A stretch of DNA of 64,000 bases from Octopus bimaculoides. Its lineage: Eukaryota. Below are positions 1 to 12,200 of the stretch, in pieces. The notes beneath the pieces are model-generated. The model was not told the DNA's origin. It worked only from the letters and a program-made list of their open reading frames with translations, and did not search any database. Position 1 is the stretch's first letter. Each line of letters begins with the position of its first letter. The stretch spans positions 2,008,388-2,072,387 of the forward strand of contig NC_069004.1 of NCBI RefSeq assembly GCF_001194135.2, given 5' to 3'. The position numbers and the translations under genes were made by a program.

Positions 1-148
1 CATACACACATATATATATATACACATATATATACACACACACACACACACATATACATATATGTGTATCTACAAATTCCATGCAGGTAAGGAAAAAATG
101 TCCATTTAATGACGACGTTATTGTTAACTTGTGTTAAATCTGTTGCAG

Positions 149-239
149 AGCGAGGAAAATTCCAATCATAATTCGCCGGTACTTACCTGATGGAAGCTAC
201 GAAGATTGGGCAATTGAAGAACTGATTATCACGGAATAA
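149..239 (+). CDS. POLR2F: Terminal coding exon of RNA polymerases I/II/III common subunit RPB6 (RPABC2)
   Basis: Acceptor tgttgcAG at 147-148, then (a) [29 protein letters not shown] with TAA at 237-239. This is nearly identical to the conserved RPB6 C-terminus ([20 protein letters not shown]). It is too short for the ORF track, and the upstream exons lie outside the window. Confidence 0.96.
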
Positions 240-460
240 CCCCCCACCCCAACCCCCACATACCTTTAGCATCCCCTTGTGTAATATGTGATCTGTTGAT
301 GGACAGAAAATACAATTGTCATTTTACATAACATTATTATCATTACAAACTTTTTCATTAAACATAGAACCCAGGTTGCTGACAATTATGGGATTAATTT
401 GTGACCTAAAGACAGTGCAGAACTTGCTTCTAATCATCCCTTAGAAATATTAAAAAAAAA

Positions 461-570
461 AATAAACACATGATTCAGATTGTTTTTTATTCTTTGAAAT
501 AAAATTGCAGAAAATTTACAATTATAATGGCAAAATACACAGGTTCTTTTTTTGTTATGTTTTTTTTTTT
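461..570 (+). terminator. Polyadenylation region of POLR2F
   Basis: AATAAA at 461-466 and 498-503, followed by a T/GT-rich tract at about 542-570. Confidence 0.6.
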
Positions 571-1199
571 TTAAAGTTTTCCTTTTCTGATGATGTTAGA
601 ATTTCAGTTTGGCACAATAAGTGTATTAGGGCTTTAGATCTGACCAAATTGCAGAAACCTGTTACACATGTGACAGATGGGGGCGCAAAGCACAGGACCA
701 GACGTGGAACATTTAAAAAGACACCAGGTTGTCCAGTGGCTAATAACCTACAATGTTTTTTTTTAATTTCTTTAACAATGACTGATTTATGTATGGACTT
801 TTATTTATTGCTTATGATGAGAGACTTCTACAGACAACAGGGATTTTGTTTCTCAACCAGTTAGTTCAACTGTACCACCAAACTTTGATTACAAAAGAAG
901 CTGGTACAATAATTAAAGAAAAAAAAAGACAAGAAATAATTATCAAATATGTTACACAGTATGGAGAGTGGTAGAATGAAGATCCTTAATTTAATTAGTT
1001 TCAAGCTACTCTGTAGTGTCCGATTTATGACTCATTACCCAACAGTCAGTGTTTCACAATCTATCAAACTGCCACCCAATAACTGAAGTAGATTTTACAG
1101 TTGAATAAACAAATATGTTGGATTGAGAGGGTGTATAAAGATTACACAATAAAATTCAATGACTTTTTCTGTTTTAGCTTTGATATCTAGCTATATATG

Positions 1200-1245
<46 letters not shown>

Positions 1246-3229
1246 TATATGTATAACATTAAAAATAATCTGATTTGTTAAAAAATTCCTCTCAGCTCAT
1301 CAAAACTGTATTAATGCGAACAGAAGTACCTAGAACAGTTATTAAGAAGTTTGGGTTTGGAAATTTGGCAAGATGATAAGTGGGGGTGGGGGGTGGACTT
1401 AATATGGAATTGAAATGAACTGGTCACTTTAGCTGCAGAGATAGCAAGAGTTAATTGGAGTGGGGGATAAAAAAAGAAAAATTATTTACAAACAACTAAA
1501 TCAAATTTATGTCCGATTTTGTTTTTTTCTTTCCATGGATTGGACGGGACTTTTCTAAGATCTTTGTCTTTTAAATTACTTCAAATGTAATAATTGTTTC
1601 TCCAGGGGGAAAAAATGGATATTGATATTTAACAGGAAATGGAAACAGATTAAAATAACTGAAATACTTATTGCCAAGTTCAGAGCTCTACACAGGACAA
1701 TCTTTTACATAGACATTCACTCGAAATGAGAGAGTATGCAAGATATAGTTGAAGTGAAGGCACTCACTTTGTAAAACTGCAAGCAAAGTTCATCATCATC
1801 ATACAGCTGACATAAACAGAATCAATATTCAATTAGTTTTGCCAAAATTACTTCAGGGATATAAATCTTTATAATAACGATGATTATTAAATATCTGTCT
1901 GTAGCATAACTCCTAGCTTAGTTTGCAACCTTCTTCCTGTATGCATGTATTCATGTATACACAACACACTGATTTCTAAACAAAATGGTTAAAGTCATTA
2001 AGCTACCACGTTTAAAAATTAAAAGAAGGAACATATTACAAGATTGGAACAAAAATATGAATCTCCATTGTTTCTCTTTTTATCTTTATATACACATGCA
2101 CCACAATACATATATATTGAAGAAATTAGGAGAGAGGGTCTCTGATCCTTTACAAGGCCTCCAAGATTGGTGGGAGAAAAATCATCCTCAAACTGGAGAC
2201 CTAGATTATATCTAGAAATATATGTCTAAGTGTGTGTAAAGAGAAATCGGAAAAAGATGCTGGACTTTTTCTCTATTTTAGTAAATGGCGGGAAAATAAT
2301 TTGAAGCTCATGGTAATGCTGTTAAACAAAGATTACCACCACCAATAGCAATAATATTTGACATGAATATTGAAAGATCCAGCTAGATAAGATTACCTAT
2401 GAAGATCTTTCCTTCGGAAGCAATTGCTTTTAAGTTAAATATACTTCTGTGAAGAAGACAACAGAACTCGTTATCTGTTGGGCAAACAGAGTTACGTAAC
2501 TTCCTAAGGGACACCTCTTTCTCTTACAAAGATGTATTCGGGGACAAGAAATATCTACTGTCTTTTTTAAAGACCCCACAATTTACATAGGTTACAATGC
2601 AAGCCTTCAAAACTATCACCATGTGATAGATATATCACTGATGCTGTACTTGAGAGGAAGGCAGTGAATGACTTCTATCCTATTTCGGTGACAACTTGCT
2701 AAACTGGTAGGACAACAATCTAATGGAAAGCACCAGATCATCTATGAAACTGGGAATTTGCAAAATGTTAGGATTGAATTTTTTTTTAATGACAAAAAAA
2801 ATAATCACTTGACTCTGTAAGAACATTCTATTTGACTATTGGTGACATGGGGAAAATAGCACAATAACTATAAACTAAGATGTTGATAGACCAATATGAA
2901 GAACATACATAAAATAGACCTTCTTTCCTGCACAATAACAACATTCTATTTTATAACAAGGACATGGAAAAAAAAACAGCACATTGATGTTGATAATGGA
3001 GGCTATCAGTCTCTAAGACTGAACTAACATGATCAACAAATACAAGGTAACCATTGAAAAATTGAAGGGTTTGAAAAAGTCATAACTTGTTTGTCTTCCG
3101 TCTTTTTTTTTCATGTTCTAGAGCATTTCTTGGAGATTAAAATGGCTATGTATGATATCCAACAATGGGTAAAACTCATTGAGTTTTTCTATTCCAGTGA
3201 AAGATCAATTATTTAAACCCAGAGAAAAT

Positions 3230-3552
3230 ACTGGCAACATTTTACTGTCAGAATATCTCCTAGTGATAACATGATTCAGAACGTAACTGCCTAGTCTGAA
3301 AGAACTGGATCAGTCGGCGATCTTCCGGGAAGAGGTCCTAAGCACACTGACGCAGTAGTGGAAGCTTACAGCAGAGTGTCCTTAAGGATCCACCAGCCCC
3401 TACCAGTTGTCACTCAGCTCAACTAGGCATTGCTTCAGAAGATTCTGAAACTGGATTTTAAAATGTTTCTATCCAAATAAAAATATAACAAACCATGTGT
3501 TTGTAAAAGTTATTTTTGTTTTATATCATTCAGTCTTTCAGTGGCCACCCTG
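3230..3552 (+). mobile_element. Degenerate Tc1/mariner-superfamily DNA transposon fragment
   Basis: Translates to TGSVGDLPGRGPKHT, resembling the TGSVxDxxRxGRP transposase N-terminal motif. It ends in gtggccaccctg, a CAGGGTG-type terminus. Confidence 0.5.
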
Positions 3553-6064
3553 TGTTACAAATGAAACAGTTTAGTAATTATACAAACACACTCCCATCAT
3601 TAAAGCTAGTTCAGAGATGGCAATGATATGGAGAAGATTCTATTTGATTAGCAATGACACTTACAAAATAGCAAAATTACCATGAACCAAGATGTTGCTA
3701 AAAGAGTAAACACACATGCAAAACAAACATTACAAATAAAATATACTCCCCGCCCCATACAACTCTATCAATCTTACAGATCACCCCCTGCTGCTCCCAT
3801 CACTAAGCATACTTCAGAGACAGCTTTTCATCAAATGACATCCAAAGATGGTAAGTTATAATTAACCCTGAACTTCTATGTTAATATTTTAAGATGTGGG
3901 TGTAGTAGATAACATTGTATACCCTGGTGAGAGAAAAGAGAACATGATCCCTTTTAACTCAGTGAGTTGTCAGACGAAGAGACATTGTTGACTTTTGTTC
4001 ATTTCTGTTCTAGTGATTTAGCTGTTACTTTAAACAACATTCAATGAAAATGGTTGATACACAATAAAGACTTCAGCTACAAGCAGTTCAGTGGAACTTT
4101 ATAAATGTGAAAACGTATTTTAAAAATGGCAGGGGGGGGGGGAGAAAGAATTGTATAGAATTATGGACACAAGCATAGCTATGTGATAGAGTTCACTTTT
4201 GCAACCAAGTATTTCTGTTTGTTTCTACTGTGCATCAGCACCCTTAGGTAAGAGTTGCCTACCATCGCCTTAGGTTGATCAATACCTTGTGAGAGGAATT
4301 TCAGAGACAGAAACTGCCGTAAAGCCTAATGTATGTGTGTGTGTGTGTGTGTGTAAATATATATAGGTTTAATTAAATGAGCATGAGTATATATATACAT
4401 TTTTTTTATTAACCAGTAGAAGTTATAGGAGTGACTGAAGGGTCATGAGTTTTATGCATTTTGGTAGGTACCAATGAGTGAAATTCAACCCTTGAGTACC
4501 TCCATAACTTTCGCCAATTAATGTATATATATATTTACACACACATACATGTGCGTGTGCGTGTGTAGTTATGTTTATATCTTTTGCCCTTGAATATCAG
4601 CAAAAAACAAAAAAAAAAAAGATTGATGCTCTTTAAAAGATTCAGCAAACCAGCCATGCTCCCTCGTCACTCTCACTGCGACACATGATGCAGACGACTA
4701 GTGATTGACATGTCTGAAACCTGTAACCATTGATGCGATTGATTACAAATTTGCAAGAATATGAAATTAATAAAAGGAGTGCCTTATTTTCAAACTACAC
4801 AGCGGAGTGTAAAATGAGGCTTACGAGATTAGTGTAGCCAAGCAACTCTGTTGAAGGTAAGAATATAAATTGGTCAATAACAGAGTATGTCACAGGAAAC
4901 AGTAAAGCGGTGGTAGCTGGGTAGTAAAGTATATGCTACAGTACAGCAGTGGGATGAATGCTATAAAACTAGGTGAATATAAAGTAGTTAAACCCATGAG
5001 AAATAGATTTAATCTTTAGCTTGTTGAATATCATAGAGGCAAAAGAGAATGGTCAAAGTAATGAATTGTTGCCAGGAATTTAAAGCCATTAGCTACAGAG
5101 ACTTAAGTGTAACATGTAGTTGCTAAAACTAGCCGAGAACTAAGGCACAAGTCTTATAATTGGCAGTACACACACACTTTGGACATTACATGTATCAGCT
5201 GCATAATTTGTATTTTCAATGAATTGTACACACATCGGATGCATAGCCACATGCAAGTAAGTAGTAAAACAATACTAGCTATCAGCACTCTCGCCCACAC
5301 AACAGCTGTACAGATGACACTTTCAACAAACAGCATTTACTGGTTCTTTGCAGCTAGCTGTTTAAAAAGAATGTAATGAGAGTACAATCTTTTCATATTT
5401 TCTGCCTGGATATTCATAAGATCAGAACTTTCTGGTTCCATCTCAAGAGAGTGGTTTCTTGTCCCCTCCACCCACAGAAATTAATATTCCTTAACCCTTT
5501 TGTTACCAGCCTGCCCAACACAACCTATCATCAAAGACTGACCAAAGTGCCTGAGACTGTCTGCGTATACCTATTCAGATTAAATCAAAATACTGTTATT
5601 GTATAAAAGATAGGATTTCACTAAATATATACTTACTTTGCTTCAGCCAACATTATGGGAATTTTGTATTTTCCAAATTTTGTTTTGATATTTTTTTCGC
5701 AATTTCTATAATGTTCTGTCCTTTTTTTCAAAAAAGAAATTATGTAAAGCTTCAGATTCAGTAATAGCAACTCTGAATTTAAATGATTCTGAAAAGCAGC
5801 AAATAAAAAAAAGAAATTGCTTCAAGTACAACATGTGATGGACTTTGAACCGGATTTCAAATTCCAAGTGTGTAAGCTAATGTCAGAGAGCAGCACCGAA
5901 AATGGTGTCCACAAAGAGAGAATGGAGCAAGGTAAAAGATTAAGAAAATATTTCTCTTCCAAAATTTCCAGAAGAAACCAAACTTCAGTTATCCTCAAGA
6001 CTTTTATCAGAATATCTTGTTCGCTATTCATTTACTTTTGTTTATTCCAGTCCAAATGGTTTTA

Positions 6065-6470
6065 AATTTTGAGACAAGGCCAGCAAATTTAGCAGGAGAG
6101 TGTTAGCTGGTAGGATTGACCCCAGCGTTCAACTGGTGCTTATTTTGTTAACCATGACTGTATTTGAACTCAGGACGTCAGGAACTGGAAGAAATACTGC
6201 TAAGCATTTTGCCTGATGTTCTAACAACTCTGCCAGCTCATCAGGTTAATAATAACAATCCTTCCTATGACAGGCACAAGGCCTGAAATTCAGGGGTGGG
6301 GCTAGTCGATTGCATTGACCTCCAGGGCTCAACTGGTACTTATATTTTATCAACTCCGAAAGCATAAAAGGCAAAGCTGACCGCATTGGAATTTGAACTC
6401 AGGACATAAAGATGGATGAGATACCGCCAAGCACCTGTTCAGAGTGCTAACGGTTTTGCCAGCTCACCAC
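6065..6470 (+). mobile_element. Two tandem copies of SINE family B
   Basis: Shared acaaggcc(agc/tg)aaatt...aactggt(g/a)cttatttt...gaactcaggac...ctgccagctca. Other copies lie near 9520-9735, 19760-19940 and 55920-56110 (-). Confidence 0.8.
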
Positions 6471-6845
6471 CTTAAATATTCTATAATAACAGCAAAAAAG
6501 AAAGAAAAAATCACAATGCAAAATGTAAGCAAAGGATAAACTATACAAAATAGAGGTATTTTAGCCATGAATATAATTGTTATTTAGTAAGTTATATCAT
6601 ATGGGTTAATAACTCATTATATAGTGTGATATTTCAACAAAATTTAAATAACTACAGTTCAGATTTTACCTGTACTTACCTGTAATTAGAGTATATTTTA
6701 GTCAACAGGTTTATGGAAGAGACTTTCTTTGTGTTTGAAACACCATTTTAAAGCATTAATAAATAAATTTTTTAAAAATGTGAAACTAATCTAAATTCAC
6801 AACTATTTTAGAATTTAACTGAATCACATACGGGAGTGAGAGAGA

Positions 6846-6886
<41 letters not shown>

Positions 6887-7509
6887 GGAAACATTTGTTT
6901 TAAATAAAAATTACAAACATCCACATGTTAGGCTCTGGAGTCTAAGAGACGTCTCAAAAGCGACTTACACCTCACAATTAGCCTAATCAGTCAAATATGG
7001 AAGATCTAGTATTAAAAAAAAACAAAAAGCTGGAATGAGAGAGCTGTTTTATGTGGTCAGCCAGTAAACTTAATCAGACGATAAGTTGCTGTTATATGAC
7101 AGCTTTCTTCTCTTTAAAAAGAATTCGCGTTGGCCTATTTACACTGGATAATGAATAATATATATAAAAGATTAGAAAAAAATAAAATAAAACATGTAAG
7201 ATACAGGTTAAAGCCAAATTGCCCTCTCTTTGTGTCTAAGAGGTGAGCGAGAAGAGCTGGAGTCTGGAAGTTGTACCTATTATCATATCTAATAAAAAAT
7301 AAAGTATTCATAACGACAATACAAAACTGAAGAAACTGTACGAAGAGCACAAACAGGCAGATTACGGACTAGTTCTAGAGATGGACAAATGGTCAGTTTT
7401 GATGGACAGTAGCCAAACACTGGCATCATACTTTATTGTGACACACTTTTGCAAAGATGAGATTATTCTAATCAAAGATTGAAAAAATAGAAAAAAAAAA
7501 AAAAAAAAA

Positions 7510-7820
7510 NNNNNNNNNNNNNNNNNNNNNNNNNNNNNNNNNNNNNNNNNNNNNNNNNNNNNNNNNNNNNNNNNNNNNNNNNNNNNNNNNNNNNNNNNNN
7601 NNNNNNNNNNNNNNNNNNNNNNNNNNNNNNNNNNNNNNNNNNNNNNNNNNNNNNNNNNNNNNNNNNNNNNNNNNNNNNNNNNNNNNNNNNNNNNNNNNNN
7701 NNNNNNNNNNNNNNNNNNNNNNNNNNNNNNNNNNNNNNNNNNNNNNNNNNNNNNNNNNNNNNNNNNNNNNNNNNNNNNNNNNNNNNNNNNNNNNNNNNNN
7801 NNNNNNNNNNNNNNNNNNNN
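7510..7820. other. Assembly gap (311 N) flanked by poly-A on both sides
   Basis: N run seen directly. Confidence 0.99.
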
Positions 7821-8039
7821 AAAAAAAAAAAAAAAAAAAAAAAAAAAAGCACCAGAAATGTCATTTAGATCAGACAGCTCTTCAAATTGGATTATAGTCG
7901 CTTGTGGCGGCATACTGGGGCTGGCTTCGCAGTATGCAGGAGATCTGAGTCAATTACTGTTCAGTCCCACCAGTAAAATATACCATGTTTTTACACTTCA
8001 CTTCTTGGAGAGAAATACAGAGTTGGAAAAATAGGTGAA

Positions 8040-8060
8040 GTTTGGTTTTAACATTTTATT
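8040..8060 (-). terminator. Candidate poly(A) signal of PPP6R3 (3' UTR about 1.1 kb)
   Basis: AATAAA on the - strand at 8060-8055, followed by pyrimidine/T-rich sequence. More distal sites are possible. Confidence 0.4.
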
Positions 8061-8236
8061 TCACCCTGTTGTTGTTGTAGTAGTTGTTGTGTGCAACTGT
8101 GACATGTAATGGTTAGAAAAGGATTTCACACAGATTTCATTGTCCATATTTCATCTAACAAACCTTTCTCGTACAAAAGAGCACAGATAAAAATTCTGAC
8201 CAAATAGAACATCATCAATAGAATTTTATATACATA

Positions 8237-8237
8237 T

Positions 8238-8283
<46 letters not shown>

Positions 8284-8445
8284 CATATCTATATACATAC
8301 ATATATATATACACACACATATATATATACACATATGTACACATACACACATATATATACACAAACATACATATATATATATATACATATATATACACAT
8401 ACATATATATACATACACACACACACACACATATATAATGTATGT
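8237..8445. repeat. Compound (CA)n/(TA)n microsatellite in the presumed PPP6R3 3' UTR
   Basis: Seen directly. Confidence 0.95.
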
Positions 8446-9177
8446 ATATAAAAAAGCAACTCATTTCTACAGATAATGCTTCCTGTTCATTATTCAAGTC
8501 CAATAGATTGCAATATTTTAAGGGGGAAGGGACACAAGAAAATATAAAATGAAAATAATTATTAACAAATGAGAGAGAGAGAGAGTGTGTGTGTGTGTGT
8601 CTGTTCAACAGTATCTACTTTGGTGAGTGCCAGCAGACAACAGTTGTAAGCTGGACTGGAAACAAGGCCAAAAGAGAGTTGCAAATAACCAGAATGAAGA
8701 CAAATAAACAAGTTCAGACACCGAGAACTAACTGAAGGAAGAAGAAGAAAAAAACAAAACTCCCCCAAAATAAATCAAATAGTTATAGGCAAAGAAAGAC
8801 ATGGGGTGGAGGGGCAAGGTGGGCGAGGGAGGGGGCAATGTGTGATTATAATAATTATAATAATAATAATTATCATTATTATAATAATAAAAGAACAGGG
8901 GACAAAAACGAATATACTACCAATTACTGAAGTCAAGAGCCAGCTGGATGGAAGATGACCATCAAGTAATAAACCTTTGAGGCAAATGCTGCTCCTCCAG
9001 ACAGATGTTTTGTTATAGACGTTTGTTTGCAGGCAGTGTTAATTAGCAATCAAACACTATGCTGACTTTCTAAGTGTTAGACAGGGCAGTCAGACAATTA
9101 GGGAGTTGTTATTAAGGCATGTTGAGAATGTTGTTTATGCTGCCGCCCTGGACAACACAGGATCTATGATATCTAAT

Positions 9178-9250
9178 TCAAACGGGTCCATTCTTCATTG
9201 ATGCTGTTATAGCCTTTTCATATTTTTCCATAGCTTCAATTGCTTGAGAC
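9178..9250 (-). CDS. PPP6R3: PPP6R3 terminal coding exon 25 ([23 protein letters not shown])
   Basis: ttttgcAG acceptor, TGA at 9180-9178. It ends in NGPV, as does human PPP6R3 (from memory). Confidence 0.92.
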
Positions 9251-12200
9251 CTGCAAAACAGAAAGACCAAGACAGGATTAAACCGTTAGCAATTATACTG
9301 GCCATAACTGGCCGCAATATACTGTGTTTTATACTAAAACTGACCGGCTCCAACCTCTCACAACTACCCTACAATGTCATTCTAAAAATATACAATCACA
9401 TCATTGAAATCTTGGAGCTAAAAGACAATGCAGAATTAATTCCAAACAATGTGAATGAATAAGCAATATATTTCAGTAAGAAATCTGAATGTTAAAGGGT
9501 CAAGCTAAATAATTCTAATTTCGGTACAAGGCTAGTAATTTTGAGGGGGGGTGGGGAATGTTGATTACATCAACTCTGTTGATCAGTGGGTACCTATTTT
9601 ATTGTTCCCCTACCCCACCCCCACCCGAAAGGATGAAAGGCAAAGCTGACCTTGCAAGAATTTGAACTCTCAATGTAAAGAACAGCATTTTGTCAGGTGC
9701 AATAAGGAATAATTCTGCCAGTTTGCTACTGTTTAAGCTAAATAAATTTCCATCAAATATTTCTCTCACTACAGAGGAGATACATAGGTAACCCCTATTA
9801 CATATGGGGGGAGGGTGAGAGTGGTTGAGGAGATGTCTGATGAGGAGTCTCTCCTAACACCACGCAAACTTATTCCGTTCATAATTAATTACCTGATATT
9901 TTCTATCAAATTAGATTTGGAAGATTCACTGTTGCCATCTGTATTGGAAGTGGTGGACTTGGCAACAGAATCATCGTTAGGTTTGGATTTATCTTCACTA
10001 ATTCCTTCTGGGTCTTTATCATTACTGGCAGTAGAGACACTTGTTGTAGCAACACCAGAACATTCTGATGTAGCAACACTGGAACATTCTGTTGTAGACA
10101 CACAGGATGAACTTTCTGTTGTAGATACACTGGGAACAACGGTGGTAGAAGAAGACGAAGCCTCTTCAAAATTACTTGGTTTAATAAGACCAGCTGAACT
10201 CAGAAAACTGAAATAGAAAAACATACAAAAATCATCTGAAGAGAAAAAAATTGTTTTAAATGATACAACAATGTTAGTCGCTTTTGTTTGTTTCTTTGTT
10301 AGGTAATGCTGATAGTGGTTTCAAACCATTAAATACAGAATCAAGACAGGATCAAAAGAGAAAGAAAAAAATAAGCCAGAAGAGAAACAAACTTTATCAG
10401 AAAAATTTTGATAGCTACATTGTGTTTGTTTGAAATTGTGTTTAAATTACAAAAAAGGGTTCTAAGAATCATTGACAAATATTGATATTTTAAGAAGAAA
10501 GAGAAGTCATTTACCAAACTACAGAAATATGTCACACTTTCTTACATTTTGCTGAAATGTGCATCGTTCAGATTTCAAGTTTGAATTTCATACAAGAATT
10601 TAAGAAGAAAATCAAAGCTTTCTTTGAGACTGCCTTAAAAGCAGAGCGGTGCTAGATATAGTATTTATCAATTGTAATCAAGGTCTCGAAATTGCTGTAT
10701 TTGTTGCATGGGGTGAGGGTGCTAGCTTTCCCAAACTCAACTCTAGTTTTTTTTTGGCTCAGCTAAGTACGAAAACTCGTTTTATTAACCTTCTCACTAT
10801 TTCATTGTCTGAGATTAAGATTGGAAATTAAGTAAAACTTTAAAGATTTAAACTTAATACTCATGAGTGCTTGGTGACCTCATTAATGCTGGTGCCCCTC
10901 CCCAACAAAGAAAGAGAGAAAGCACCCAGTCTGCTCTGTAAAGTGGTTGGCATTAGGAAAGGCATTCTGCTGAAGAAATCATACCCAAGCAGACAGTGGA
11001 GCTGAGCACAGCTCCCTGGCTTGTCGGTTCCTGTCAAAATGTGAAACCCATGCCAGCATGAGGGGGGGGGGGGAAGGATGTTAAATGATGATGATGATGC
11101 AAAAGCAGTCAATATCTACACCAAGAGAAGTGTAGTGATAGTTAAAGGTTAGATTTTAAATGTAAAGCAAATGTAAAATATGTCTAGATGAAAATACATG
11201 AAGACAACTGTTTTAAGTTGTAGAAAAGAAAAAGAAATGGCAGGAGCCTTTGTCATGCATACTTAATATAGATTCAGAACGAACACTAAAATGCAGGAAG
11301 GTGAGCAATTGGTAACAAACAAGGCAAAAAAGCAATCTTACCGAAAATAAAGAAATGGAAAGTTACGGGTATATGCCAAAGGTCAACGATAAATGGAGAG
11401 AGTGACTTTTGGAGTACTTGTTTATCATTGCAGATGAATATAGAGAGAACAATTTTAAATGATTAGAAACAAAAACACTTACACATGATGAAGAGGTTGT
11501 ACATTGATATTGAAAAACATAACATTGCCACATGCATTCACCAGCACATTTGTACATCAAAAGCACACTGACATGCATAAAGCAAAATATTCATTTTAAA
11601 AATAATTTTTTTGTGAAAGTTTTTATATTCCTTATCAATGTCGTGTATTCGTTTTTTTTATTCAAATTTAAAATTATCGTGTCACAAATCCAAAGCTATT
11701 AGAGGCATTTTAGAACACTTTGCACTTACTGACTACAGTCAGATTAACCTCAATGTGTTTTTTTTTTCCTTTTCTTCTTGAAACCAAATTGACAAGGCAC
11801 AAAAGGCTCTGTATTTTGGGAGATGTAAGTAAAAATGCAATATTAAAGAATTTCTCAAAGATATTATCAATACAAAGAAATCAGGGATTGAAACTGTGTT
11901 ACAGTTTCTGCTCACCCCACACTATACACCATAGAACTCAAACCCAACTTATTAGCAGTGACTTACCAATAGCAGAGCTGGATACAACTGAAGAGAAAAC
12001 AGTTGTATCAGGTGTAACTTGTTAGTCAAGAGGGAACTATACACATTAGGGAAGAAATCGCTCCAAAAGATTACAATTAAGAAGTCTGAGAATGAACAAC
12101 TAAATTCATTACAACAGAGCATATTAGTATATAAGCTACATCTTTGAAGCTAAAAACTTGTGTAGATTGTCATAGAAGAGGAACTAGACTCATGTTAAAA

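Noticed and set aside
7362-7913. ORFs across N runs (also 29838-30431), and the poly-A flanks as a retrocopy tail
   Set aside because: They are artefacts of assembly gaps. Poly-A on both sides of the gap suggests an unresolved homopolymer, and no retrocopy body is visible.
8126-8608. Long ORFs here and at 17827-18142 and 59233-59661 ([12 protein letters not shown] peptides)
   Set aside because: These are translations of dinucleotide microsatellites.
9031-9038. miR-34 seed match (CACTGCC) in the PPP6R3 3' UTR
   Set aside because: A single 7-mer in about 1 kb is compatible with chance without conservation data.
9837-9860. CTGATGA-ggag-tct-ctcc hammerhead-like half
   Set aside because: It is followed by TAAC rather than GAAA, and stems I and III are absent.
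9815-10216. 133-aa + strand ORF
   Set aside because: It is the antisense shadow of PPP6R3 exon 24, with no recognisable homology and only a non-ATG start.
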